DNA of 64,000 nucleotides, taken from a virus. The first letter of the stretch is position 1. Each line of letters begins with the position of its first letter. The stretch lies in IMG/VR virus record IMGVR_UViG_3300045988_113306; one strand, given 5' to 3'. The notes below the pieces were generated by a model, which was not told the DNA's origin, did no database searches, and saw nothing but the letters and a program-made list of their open reading frames with translations. The position numbers were made by a program, and so were the translations under genes. This document shows positions 53,958 through 62,077 of this stretch, in pieces.

Positions 53958-54146
53958 ATGAGGTACAGAATGTCATTGAACTATGGCCGCCTGACGGCGA
54001 CAATTCGCGAGTATGAGGACGGCAAGGTGGTGAGCAAATGGAGAACCGCAAGGCTGTGTAAAAAGGAATTCGAGTCGCTTGAATATTTCACCGAGAGCGA
54101 CATCAAGAGTTACTTGAACCGCGAAGAGCTTCAGCGAATAAAGTGA
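53958..54146 (+). CDS. hypothetical small protein
   Basis: 62-aa ORF behind a hairpin and box variant. Carries the 35-bp repeat shared with 54815-54849. Confidence 0.5.
   Translation: MRYRMSLNYGRLTATIREYEDGKVVSKWRTARLCKKEFESLEYFTESDIKSYLNREELQRIK
53980..54014 (+). repeat. 35-bp exact direct repeat, copy 1
   Basis: ACTATGGCCGCCTGACGGCGACAATTCGCGAGTAT, identical to 54815-54849. Confidence 0.95.
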
Positions 54147-54204
54147 GCCGAGGAGGTTGGGCGACCGACCTCCTGCATTGTTCAACCAATTAAAACTTAG
54201 AATT

Positions 54205-54582
54205 ATGGAAAGATACGATTATTTAGAAGTAGTGACGAACGATGTTAAGGGTTACATTGAAAGTGAAATCACAATGTCGGACTATTCCGACCGCGACGAA
54301 CTTGAAGAGTACCTGAACGAAGTTCTGTGGACTAACGACGGAGTGACCGGCAACGGCTCGGGGTCTTACACGTTCAATAAGTGGGAAGCCGAGGAGAATC
54401 TGTGCCACAATCTCGACCTGTTGGGCGAGGCTCTGAACGAATTTGGATGCGAGGCGAGCTATCTCGTTGAGAAAGGCGCCGAATCATGCGACGTGGCGAT
54501 ACGTTGCTATCTCCTCAATCAAGCCATCTCCGCAGCTCTTGACGAGTTGTGGGAGGATGAGGATGAGGATGACGACGATTGA
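54205..54582 (+). CDS. acidic protein with poly-Asp/Glu tail
   Basis: Start trimmed to MERYDY (box at 54184). 125 aa, ends WEDEDEDDDD. Confidence 0.6.
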   Translation: MERYDYLEVVTNDVKGYIESEITMSDYSDRDELEEYLNEVLWTNDGVTGNGSGSYTFNKWEAEENLCHNLDLLGEALNEFGCEASYLVEKGAESCDVAIRCYLLNQAISAALDELWEDEDEDDDD

Positions 54583-54646
54583 ATTGTGGAGGCTTGTGTT
54601 ACGGCATTGGCCTCCAACCCTGTTTAATCCATTTAAAAACAAGATT

Positions 54647-54829
54647 ATGAGAATTTATGAATTAGCCCCAATCTCAGGCCAAGGCCAAAAGAGCTTCTAC
54701 GGCAAGGCAATCGTCACCATTGACGACAACGGAGTTGAAACGCTTTTAAGCTACTGCACCAAGATTTGCGAGAGGCATCCCGACGGCAGCATAAAGAAGC
54801 TGTGGGACGGATGGACTATGGCCGCCTGA
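54647..54829 (+). CDS. hypothetical small protein (possibly continues in another frame to 54885)
   Basis: Start trimmed to MRIYELAP. The frame stops at DGWTMAA*, while the adjacent frame reads DYGRLTATIREYCGLNKKQWEAL*. Confidence 0.45.
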   Translation: MRIYELAPISGQGQKSFYGKAIVTIDDNGVETLLSYCTKICERHPDGSIKKLWDGWTMAA

Positions 54830-54849
54830 CGGCGACAATTCGCGAGTAT
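54815..54849 (+). repeat. 35-bp exact direct repeat, copy 2
   Basis: Identical to 53980-54014. Confidence 0.95.
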
Positions 54850-54947
54850 TGCGGTCTTAACAAGAAACAGTGGGAAGCGTTATGAATCATGGGAGGGCGA
54901 ATGAATCGCCCTCTGCCAACCAATTAACAATTAAAACTTAAAGAATC

Positions 54948-55085
54948 ATGAAACTAAAAGACCTACATTGCGACAAGCTCACTGCAACGGTACAAGACTA
55001 TTTCGACTGTTTCCTTGAAAATCGCGGTGACGGCATAATATATGACGAGGATGATGAAAAGTGTTACCGCTACGAGTATCTTTAA
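54948..55085 (+). CDS. hypothetical 45-aa protein
   Basis: ATG after hairpin 54893-54913 and the box at 54918. Stop lies just before the next hairpin. Confidence 0.45.
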   Translation: MKLKDLHCDKLTATVQDYFDCFLENRGDGIIYDEDDEKCYRYEYL

Positions 55086-55137
55086 CCCATGGGCGGCCGA
55101 GGGCCGCTTTCAATCACCAATTTAAAATTAACGAATT

Positions 55138-55374
55138 ATGAAACGTAGAGAATTTTCAAACGAGGCCAAGAAGGCCGTAGCTATCCAAATCATCACATTG
55201 TTGGAGAACAGCATCCTTGAAGAAAACGGGCCGCAGTCCTTCAGTGTATGGTGCGAGAACGGTGCGGTGTTCGACGATGAGGATTGCGCGGAAGAATGCA
55301 AGGAGCTGATGGAGCTGATGGAGAGCCGAGTAGAGGCGGTGGTGTTCAGTCCGATGGCGATTGATTTCGAGTAG
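55138..55374 (+). CDS. hypothetical acidic protein
   Basis: 78-aa ORF behind a hairpin and box. Confidence 0.55.
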   Translation: MKRREFSNEAKKAVAIQIITLLENSILEENGPQSFSVWCENGAVFDDEDCAEECKELMELMESRVEAVVFSPMAIDFE

Positions 55375-55430
55375 CACCGTGGGGCGACAAGCCCCATGAC
55401 AATTATTAACCCAATTAAAATTTAACAGAT

Positions 55431-55598
55431 ATGAATGTTTACAAGTTCAGATTGATTGAAACGTATTCAAAAGTAGTCAGCATCGAGGCCGATTCAAGGG
55501 AAGAGGCATTTGATATGCTTGACCAAAAGGTTTCCGAGGGCGATATTGACGCGATGGACAACTACGACGACTACGAGCGAGAAATCTACGACGCCTAA
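55431..55598 (+). CDS. small acidic protein, DpnD/PcfM-like pattern
   Basis: 55 aa: MNVYKFRLIETYSKVVSIEADSREEAFDML..DYEREIYDA. Size and pattern recall DpnD/PcfM-like proteins (from memory). Confidence 0.4.
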   Translation: MNVYKFRLIETYSKVVSIEADSREEAFDMLDQKVSEGDIDAMDNYDDYEREIYDA

Positions 55599-55651
55599 CG
55601 GCGAGGTGGGGCGCAAGTCCCGCTGCTTCTAACCAATTAAATTTAGGTAGT

Positions 55652-55978
55652 ATGAATAACAAAGAAAAAACAGTAAAGTTGATTAACGCAATCTTGAACA
55701 AACTCTATAACGATTTCAACATTAAAGTCATTGATGTGAACGGGAATTGCGTAAAAGCGATAATCAAGCATGAGATGGACGAATTAGAACGTAAGCTGTC
55801 GATTGCCATGATATTTGAAGTGTGTGACGAAATAGAGAATGTGCCGTTTTATGGCAAGATTCTTATACCAAATACAATCAGAGTTGTAGACTTAAACACC
55901 GTTTACACGTTCCGTGATGAGTGCAAGTTCACAGATGAAGATTTAGGGTCAATACTTAACAACCCTATTTTCAATTGA
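55652..55978 (+). CDS. hypothetical protein
   Basis: 108-aa ORF, 10 nt after the exact box. Confidence 0.55.
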   Translation: MNNKEKTVKLINAILNKLYNDFNIKVIDVNGNCVKAIIKHEMDELERKLSIAMIFEVCDEIENVPFYGKILIPNTIRVVDLNTVYTFRDECKFTDEDLGSILNNPIFN

Positions 55979-56028
55979 TTTATAGAGGTCGCAAGACCTC
56001 TCGCTATTCACCAACAATTAAACTTATT

Positions 56029-56304
56029 ATGAAAAGACTATTTATCGTGACTGCTCCGATAGATTTCGGACGGAATGAGCTGGAAGAGGCGTTGTGGATT
56101 GAGGATATTGACACCGAAAAGATAACCGAGATAATGGACGGCAATCCCGACTTTCAATTGTGGGACTTGGTAGACTTCGTGGAGTTCTGCAACAACCAAG
56201 AGTTCGATGTCGAAGGCTGCTGGATGCAGTCGGTTGAGGTTGAAGTCCCCGACGACTACAGTCCTAACAAGTCGACATGGTACATGAAGCTGATTCGGTT
56301 CTAA
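56029..56304 (+). CDS. hypothetical acidic protein
   Basis: Start trimmed to MKRLFIV, behind hairpin AGAGGTC-GCAA-GACCTCT. Confidence 0.55.
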   Translation: MKRLFIVTAPIDFGRNELEEALWIEDIDTEKITEIMDGNPDFQLWDLVDFVEFCNNQEFDVEGCWMQSVEVEVPDDYSPNKSTWYMKLIRF

Positions 56305-56386
56305 ACAACGAGGACAAAAATTGTAAGGGTAATATGTAGGGCCATTGTAGGCCCTACTACAATCACCAACTTAAAACTTAAAAACT

Positions 56387-56632
56387 ATGAAAGTATATGT
56401 TTACACTGAGTCGTGGTACACGCCCGACGAGTATGTGGGCATCGCCGATGTTCAGGTATTCAAATACAAGGCCGACGCATTGTCGTATCTCGCAATGAAG
56501 CGTGACGACTTTCTTAATTACCCGGATGATGAATGGGTGTGTGATTGGGGCGATAAAGACGGCTCGACATTCGCACATCTGTCAGCGGGCAATGACGATG
56601 TAGTGATGAGCGTGACCGAGCGTGACATTTAA
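56387..56632 (+). CDS. hypothetical protein
   Basis: 81-aa ORF behind an 8-bp hairpin and box. Confidence 0.55.
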   Translation: MKVYVYTESWYTPDEYVGIADVQVFKYKADALSYLAMKRDDFLNYPDDEWVCDWGDKDGSTFAHLSAGNDDVVMSVTERDI

Positions 56633-56658
56633 TGATTAACCATTTAAATTTTATCATT

Positions 56659-56733
56659 ATGTTTTTCGTATGTGTATTAATTTGGGCCGTAGTCACGGTG
56701 TTTAAAGGACTTACTGATGGCAGGGCCGACTAA
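56659..56733 (+). CDS. 24-aa hydrophobic peptide
   Basis: MFFVCVLIWAVVTVFKGLTDGRAD, between a box and a hairpin. Very short. Confidence 0.3.
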   Translation: MFFVCVLIWAVVTVFKGLTDGRAD

Positions 56734-56786
56734 GAAACGGAGGTCGCAAGACCTCTGACATCACCAATAACTAAAACTTTAAGATT

Positions 56787-57062
56787 ATGACACAGAAAGA
56801 ATTTGAACAAACGAAAGAATGGGTCGAAAATAACACTGGATTAGAGTTTATAGACGACCAAGCATTGTATGACAAGGATGGAGCCTATTTTGAAAAGGCG
56901 ATAGACTCCGACAAACGAGTCAAGCTTTGCATAGACAATGACCGTTCCGCCGAGTTGTGGATGCTCTTCAACGATGATTCATGCGTTGAAATATTCACAT
57001 CAAGTTCACAGAACAATTGGCGATGTTTGAGAGTGTTCGCACACATCGTGACTTACAACTAA
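56787..57062 (+). CDS. hypothetical protein
   Basis: 91-aa ORF behind a hairpin and box. Confidence 0.55.
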   Translation: MTQKEFEQTKEWVENNTGLEFIDDQALYDKDGAYFEKAIDSDKRVKLCIDNDRSAELWMLFNDDSCVEIFTSSSQNNWRCLRVFAHIVTYN

Positions 57063-57200
57063 GACGGAGGCTTCGGCCTCTGACAGACCGTCGTTGTGAA
57101 ACGGCCTTAATTGTAAGTTTAAGTGTTTAATGGGCGGCCATTTAGTTGGCCGCTTTCAATGCGGGATGTTCCGCAGACAACCAATTTTAACTTAATCATC

Positions 57201-57392
57201 ATGAAAGAAACAGAAAACGGCTTTGAGGAAAAAGTAGGAGGCTTCGTGCGCATACTGCTTATTTTCATCGGTGTGATGATTCTCTTGTCAATGTGCGAGC
57301 GGTCATCATGTAGCGGAGGCGATTACGATGACCGATGGGACAGGTTGCAACACGAGGTGGACACAGACCCATACTACCAACAATGGAAGTGA
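57201..57392 (+). CDS. small single-TM protein
   Basis: Start trimmed to MKETENG; TM segment GGFVRILLIFIGVMILLSM. Confidence 0.5.
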   Translation: MKETENGFEEKVGGFVRILLIFIGVMILLSMCERSSCSGGDYDDRWDRLQHEVDTDPYYQQWK

Positions 57393-57455
57393 CCTAAACC
57401 CGAAGGGAGATTAAGTTCTCCCTTTGCAAATCATTAACCAATTAAAGAAACTATT

Positions 57456-58115
57456 ATGAGAATTTCAAACGAAACAATCCGACATTTTGAGTCATTGGGT
57501 ATCGAAGTCAAGAACCATCCCGGAACAGAGAGCGATTGGCGTGAAAAGGTGTGGAATGACGAATATAAGTGGTCTTACAACTACGGCAAGGACGCAACTC
57601 TCGGCTACGACGAAAACGGCAAATCAATCCATCCGACGCACGAGCAACTACACAAACGTGCGACCGAATGGGCCGACAGATACACTCCGAGAAAGATGAA
57701 CAATTGGTACGACGCCAATATGCTCTACGTGGAGTATGACGACGGTGAGAATCACCGCGTCATCTGCCAAAAAGTCAGTGTCAAGTCAAAGGAAATCACG
57801 GTCGAATACATCGACAAGCTGATTGCAAAGGACAAGAAAGCGTACAGTGGCACATTCGGCAAGTTCACGGATGCCATGAACAAAGTGCTTGAAACATTGG
57901 GGTACACCGGCCGGTTCTGGGTATATCCCACGACATACGGCATCGGGGTATGGGTATTCTACAACTTCAACGCTGAAAAGAACATCAAGGATGTGGAGTC
58001 CATACTGAAGGCCAATAACGTTCAATACTACAACGAGTATAGTGACGCGCATTACGTATATCGATTCAAGGTGTCAAAAAAGCAGGCTAACATGAAGCTC
58101 ATTGCAGCTTGCTGA
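57456..58115 (+). CDS. hypothetical protein
   Basis: 219-aa ORF, the largest in the array, 9 nt after the exact box. Confidence 0.6.
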   Translation: MRISNETIRHFESLGIEVKNHPGTESDWREKVWNDEYKWSYNYGKDATLGYDENGKSIHPTHEQLHKRATEWADRYTPRKMNNWYDANMLYVEYDDGENHRVICQKVSVKSKEITVEYIDKLIAKDKKAYSGTFGKFTDAMNKVLETLGYTGRFWVYPTTYGIGVWVFYNFNAEKNIKDVESILKANNVQYYNEYSDAHYVYRFKVSKKQANMKLIAAC

Positions 58116-58166
58116 CTTATGGGAGGGGTTGGCCCTCTATCTATCAACCAATTAAATTTTAAAGAT

Positions 58167-58532
58167 ATGAAAACAAGAACGATGAATGACGGCTATGTAT
58201 GGCTGGTGGTCGAGAAACCCTTGGCATTGCAGATGTTCAAATGCAACGAGGATGTCTACAAGCTGTACGACGACGGCAGCGAGAGCCTTTGCGAGGACGA
58301 GAACGAGATTAAGTTGTCCGACGCCGAGTTCGGCATAGGATTGGGATTCGTGGACGACATGAACCCGACCTGCCCGACTTGCGGTGCGCAGCTTACAAGG
58401 ATGACGGCAAATGGTGGGACACTGGGCTATGCTCTTCCGGCCGTGACGGATGGACACCCGGAGAGCTTGAAACTTATTATGAGCGAGAGTGTGAGTAAAC
58501 CGCTTTCTAACCGCGTTTCTCGGCTCGGATGA
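58167..58532 (+). CDS. hypothetical protein
   Basis: Start trimmed to MKTRTMNDG; contains CPTCG. Confidence 0.55.
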   Translation: MKTRTMNDGYVWLVVEKPLALQMFKCNEDVYKLYDDGSESLCEDENEIKLSDAEFGIGLGFVDDMNPTCPTCGAQLTRMTANGGTLGYALPAVTDGHPESLKLIMSESVSKPLSNRVSRLG

Positions 58533-58587
58533 TAAAGTGTCCATTCGGGCGGAGAAGTCGCGGGAGAAGGCAAATAAATAGACGATT

Positions 58588-58773
58588 ATGAATAAGGATA
58601 TGGAACAACTAGGCGCAAATCAAGCCGATTCTGTTGCAAAGAAAATTACGAAATTAACCAAGTCATTAAAGAACTCAACTGAGCTTGGATATGAAACAAA
58701 AGAAATCAAACAGGAGATTCTCGAAAGATGTGCAGAACTGAGCAATCTCATGATTTGTATGATATTTCACTGA
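58588..58773 (+). CDS. hypothetical protein
   Basis: 61-aa ORF without a box or hairpin upstream. Confidence 0.45.
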   Translation: MNKDMEQLGANQADSVAKKITKLTKSLKNSTELGYETKEIKQEILERCAELSNLMICMIFH

Positions 58774-58868
58774 TTTACGGCGGGGTCATTCCCGCTCTCT
58801 AACCAATTAAAACAAACTATGACAAAGAAAGATTTGCTAAAATTGCTCCCCAACTGCAAGATGGTGGG

Positions 58869-59060
58869 GTGGACGAGCCAAGCGTGGAGATAAACGGCAA
58901 GCGATACCTGTTGTGGGGATTCATGCGTGATGACAGACAGATATGGGTAGATATGGAAAGCGATGACGGCTTCGGCCGGTGGCTGACACCGATAAACGAC
59001 TTTCCGAGAGGTGTTGTAAAGTACATCTACCAATGCGCTGAACGAAAGCTGGTCAAGTGA
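58869..59060 (+). CDS. hypothetical protein (start unresolved)
   Basis: Track ORF starts at GTG. The box-associated ATG at 58819 is in another frame, so either a frameshift or the GTG start applies. Confidence 0.4.
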   Translation: MDEPSVEINGKRYLLWGFMRDDRQIWVDMESDDGFGRWLTPINDFPRGVVKYIYQCAERKLVK

Positions 59061-59108
59061 ACATAGAGGGGAGCAATCCCCTCTACTAACCAATAAAAAA
59101 CAACAACG

Positions 59109-59423
59109 ATGAAAAAGAATGAAATCAATTTGAAAAAGGAAGGCTTCAATTTAAATGCAAATGTCTATCCAGCAGGCTACCATTATAAGGAGATTATGAG
59201 GCTCGGACGAGTGTTCCCCACCACCAAGGCGCAGGCTGCATATTTCATACAACTGGGCAGATACCCCGACGCATACAACATGGATGATGTGGAGCTTGTG
59301 GAAAGGGAACTCAACCCTTACGGCTTCGATGGAGAGTATGAATACACCAAAAGCAAAACAATGGTTCGTCTTGTCAATCTTGACGACATGTGCAAGGCGT
59401 TGAAACTGAAATACGGCCTTTAA
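59109..59423 (+). CDS. hypothetical protein
   Basis: 104-aa ORF behind hairpin AGAGGGGA-GCAA-TCCCCTCT. Confidence 0.55.
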   Translation: MKKNEINLKKEGFNLNANVYPAGYHYKEIMRLGRVFPTTKAQAAYFIQLGRYPDAYNMDDVELVERELNPYGFDGEYEYTKSKTMVRLVNLDDMCKALKLKYGL

Positions 59424-59475
59424 TCCAAGTGGGCTTGAAACAAGGCCCGCTCCTAAACACCCAAACAACAGCAAC

Positions 59476-59763
59476 ATGATTAAGAACGAAGTTTTAAACT
59501 ACATCCCAACAGCCACGCTGAGGGAAGTGTGCGACTTGTGGCACAAAGTAAACGACATAGTTAACGGCTCCGAGGACTGCTACAAGCAGTTCGACGTGAC
59601 AAACGATGATGGTTGGTACGTTGATAGGGACATTGACACGGATTCGTGCCGTATCAGAATAACGACGGACATCGAAGTAAACAGAACATATCTATGGGAA
59701 TCCATATCCCTTTTCTATGAAGGCGATTGGATAGCAGACACCGACATCCACGAGCTTGAATAG
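59476..59763 (+). CDS. hypothetical protein
   Basis: 95-aa ORF. Confidence 0.55.
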   Translation: MIKNEVLNYIPTATLREVCDLWHKVNDIVNGSEDCYKQFDVTNDDGWYVDRDIDTDSCRIRITTDIEVNRTYLWESISLFYEGDWIADTDIHELE

Positions 59764-59821
59764 TTCATAGAATAATTGGAGGCTGAAAAAGCCTCTGCCT
59801 AATAACCAAAAAAGAAAAAGC

Positions 59822-60124
59822 ATGATATACAAATCGTACAAATTCAAAGACAGAAACGGGCAAGAGTTTAAGGTTCGTTTTTATTTCACCGGCATCTACA
59901 CCTTCGTTGACTGCAACGGGGAACACGAAATAGGCATGTGGTGGAAGGAGCCACTGATGGTCGGCAAGCACAATGACAAACCATCGAAAGACAGGAACAA
60001 TGTCAGGTATCACGCTCGTCCGTTCAGTCAGGAATATGCCTACCGCTACGCCGACTTCTCGCTCGGAGAGGTGGCGAGGAGGATAGCGATAGCCGAGATT
60101 ATGAGAGTCAATGCCACGCTATGA
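59822..60124 (+). CDS. hypothetical protein
   Basis: 100-aa ORF behind a hairpin. Confidence 0.55.
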   Translation: MIYKSYKFKDRNGQEFKVRFYFTGIYTFVDCNGEHEIGMWWKEPLMVGKHNDKPSKDRNNVRYHARPFSQEYAYRYADFSLGEVARRIAIAEIMRVNATL

Positions 60125-60154
60125 CCGATTGTTAACTTTTAAAACTCCAACAGT

Positions 60155-60343
60155 ATGAAAGAATCAATCAAAGTAAAAGAGCTAAATTCAATGCTCAACA
60201 AAGTTGAAGCCATGTCCAAGCAAGTGACGCGGATAAAACAACGTAACGACTTGTCCTCTGATGACAAATATATGGCCTTAAAAGTAGGGCAAGAACTACA
60301 TACTCTCAATCAATATATTAAGATATGGTTATTTCAAATATAA
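60155..60343 (+). CDS. hypothetical protein
   Basis: 62-aa ORF. Confidence 0.5.
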   Translation: MKESIKVKELNSMLNKVEAMSKQVTRIKQRNDLSSDDKYMALKVGQELHTLNQYIKIWLFQI

Positions 60344-60357
60344 AAACGACGCAAAAA

Positions 60358-60389
60358 CTTGTGCAATCAAAAAATTGTCGCTACCTTTG
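60358..60389 (+). promoter_or_regulatory. promoter CTTG-N20-TACCTTTG
   Basis: CTTG 60358-60361 and TACCTTTG 60382-60389. Confidence 0.5.
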
Positions 60390-60394
60390 TGTCA

Positions 60395-60473
60395 GCAAGC
60401 ATAGCATAACGATAACACTGCATTTTTGAATTATTCATCAAAACACCTCGTTTGAGAAAATAAGGTGTTTTTT
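60395..60473 (+). ncRNA. candidate ~80-nt small RNA or attenuated leader
   Basis: Between the promoter at 60358-60389 and the terminator at 60442-60473. No ORF. Confidence 0.3.
60442..60473 (+). terminator. intrinsic terminator
   Basis: AACACCT-N14-AGGTGTT followed by TTTTATTT. Confidence 0.55.
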
Positions 60474-60485
60474 ATTTGAAAATAT

Positions 60486-60516
60486 TTTGCGGTTTCAAAA
60501 AAATGATTTACATTTG
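60486..60516 (+). promoter_or_regulatory. promoter TTTG-N19-TACATTTG
   Basis: TTTG 60486-60489 and TACATTTG 60509-60516: a consensus-quality Bacteroidota promoter. Confidence 0.65.
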
Positions 60517-60521
60517 CAATG

Positions 60522-60667
60522 CAAACAACCAATAGGGCACGGTTGAACATAGCATAGTCGAAAACATACGATAGTCCGTTTCGCCTACTTGATTGTAGGA
60601 GATTCCGATAAAGCGATACCAGCTCGTGCCCTACATTGGAGTTGGTATTGCTTTTTTTATTTCTTGC
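60522..60667 (+). promoter_or_regulatory. structured 5' leader with mutually exclusive stems (terminator/antiterminator-like)
   Basis: TAGGGCACG (60533-41) can pair with CGTGCCCTA (60625-33). Alternatively GCGATACC (60613-20) pairs with GGTATTGC (60644-51), followed by T7 (60652-58). Confidence 0.4.
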
Positions 60668-61513
60668 ATGGCGACGAAACTCAACATACCAATATCGGAA
60701 CTCTCAACCCGAAAGGATAAAGACCAAAAATCGGATTGGGAGCTGTTGTGTTTCAATGTCGGTGTGAAAATACTCAGCGGGGCTGGGAAATTCAGGGCCA
60801 CCGCACAAGACATCCAAAAGGCTTTTCATTGCAACTACTACAAGGCGAAGCGATTGGCCGAGGATGCGAAATCCAACAAAAAACTATTCAGATACGACGA
60901 GAAACGTAATGTGCTTACCGCAAAGCGATTTGAGCACAGGACTGAATGCAATCGCCGTAACGAAGAAATAGAAGCAACCTATTGCGTGAAGATAAAAGTC
61001 AAGAGGGATTTGCCAGTGTTTTCACTGCAAGCGATTTCTGACTTGTTACGCCAACGGTTAATGCAAAATGCGTTCAATGCCACCTATCGGACGAATAAGT
61101 TTCCTTTGCGGGCATCTGTTGAAAAAGATTCCTATTGTTCACGAAAGACAGAGCTGACATTGAACAAACTTGCTAACATCGTGGGGCGCAGCCGTCGTCA
61201 AACAATACGGATGATGAAGCGAATGGAGAATGACAATGTTATCAAGGTGGAACGACACCCTATGAAACTTGTCCTCGCTTGCGTTAATGACGAAACCGTC
61301 AAGGAAATCAAACGGGTTAAGCACATAAGGCCGTTTTTCATCAACGGGATGGGTTACAGTCGTAGCGCAAACGTTTACTTCCTGAATGATGCTGAGATTG
61401 AGCAATCGTTCTGTCACATCATTTACTCCCACACCAAGAGAGTCAAGTCAAAACAATCATCGTCAAAGGAACAAGGATTCTATGATAGAGAGATTAATCA
61501 GATGTTTAATTGA
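60668..61513 (+). CDS. hypothetical DNA-binding protein (winged-helix-like segment)
   Basis: Start trimmed to MATKLNIP (ATG 60668). LNKLANIVGRSRRQTIRMMKRMENDNVIKV looks HTH-like. Confidence 0.55.
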   Translation: MATKLNIPISELSTRKDKDQKSDWELLCFNVGVKILSGAGKFRATAQDIQKAFHCNYYKAKRLAEDAKSNKKLFRYDEKRNVLTAKRFEHRTECNRRNEEIEATYCVKIKVKRDLPVFSLQAISDLLRQRLMQNAFNATYRTNKFPLRASVEKDSYCSRKTELTLNKLANIVGRSRRQTIRMMKRMENDNVIKVERHPMKLVLACVNDETVKEIKRVKHIRPFFINGMGYSRSANVYFLNDAEIEQSFCHIIYSHTKRVKSKQSSSKEQGFYDREINQMFN

Positions 61514-61615
61514 TGTTTTTGTTTTGTCACCAATGTATGATAATACATTATTTAGGGGCATCTGCCTTGATGTGGCCTTTAAGAAAGAAAATTAACAAGT
61601 TAATTTCCAAAAGAA

Positions 61616-62032
61616 ATGAAACCGAATCGAAAACGCAAGACAAGCAGGATTGACCGAGATTCAATCTATGAGGAGTTTTGTCAAGAAATGGACTTATTCT
61701 CGGACACCCAACCTTATCCCGACTGGGTGTTTGACTATCGGGATGAACATTTGAGCAAAATGTCAAGTAAACTTATAAAAATCTGTCGAAAGTTCAAGTC
61801 GTCAGGCATTGAATTCAGGATATTCCAGCCTATGCGAATATTTGATAAGTGGAAGTTTGCCGACATTTACGTTCCCAGCAAGAACACGGTCATAATAGTC
61901 ACCACTTATCCACATCCCGTTGGATGGCTTACTGAAAGGGCAAGATTCTTTAAAGACCGATGCAATGTATATGAGCTTGACGGTGATGAAACGACAGATT
62001 ATTTATCAGAGTTGATTGATAAGCTAAAATAG
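61616..62032 (+). CDS. hypothetical protein (weak endonuclease-fold resemblance)
   Basis: 138-aa ORF. FADIYVPSKNTVIIV loosely resembles PD-(D/E)xK/DUF559-type cores. Confidence 0.45.
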   Translation: MKPNRKRKTSRIDRDSIYEEFCQEMDLFSDTQPYPDWVFDYRDEHLSKMSSKLIKICRKFKSSGIEFRIFQPMRIFDKWKFADIYVPSKNTVIIVTTYPHPVGWLTERARFFKDRCNVYELDGDETTDYLSELIDKLK

Positions 62033-62077
62033 AGATAAGGAGGTAATTCCTCCCACCAACCAAAATCCCCCTTTGAT

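Larger units (their letters stand above)
53672..62065 (+). repeat. dispersed start-associated box AACCAATTAAA (6 exact copies plus about 11 variants), usually preceded by a tetraloop hairpin
   Basis: Exact copies at 53672, 54184, 55631, 57436, 58146, 58801. Variants at 53935, 54918, 55115, 55408, 56009, 56364, 56638, 56762, 57179, 59088, 62055. All on the plus strand, ending about 7-19 nt before an ATG. Confidence 0.85.

Noticed and set aside
58819-58869. Possible frameshift: the box-associated ATG 58819 is out of frame with ORF 58869..59060, although both frames are open between them.
   Set aside because: A GTG start at 58869 explains the ORF without any error. The ORF is too short to decide, so it is kept only as a note on that feature.
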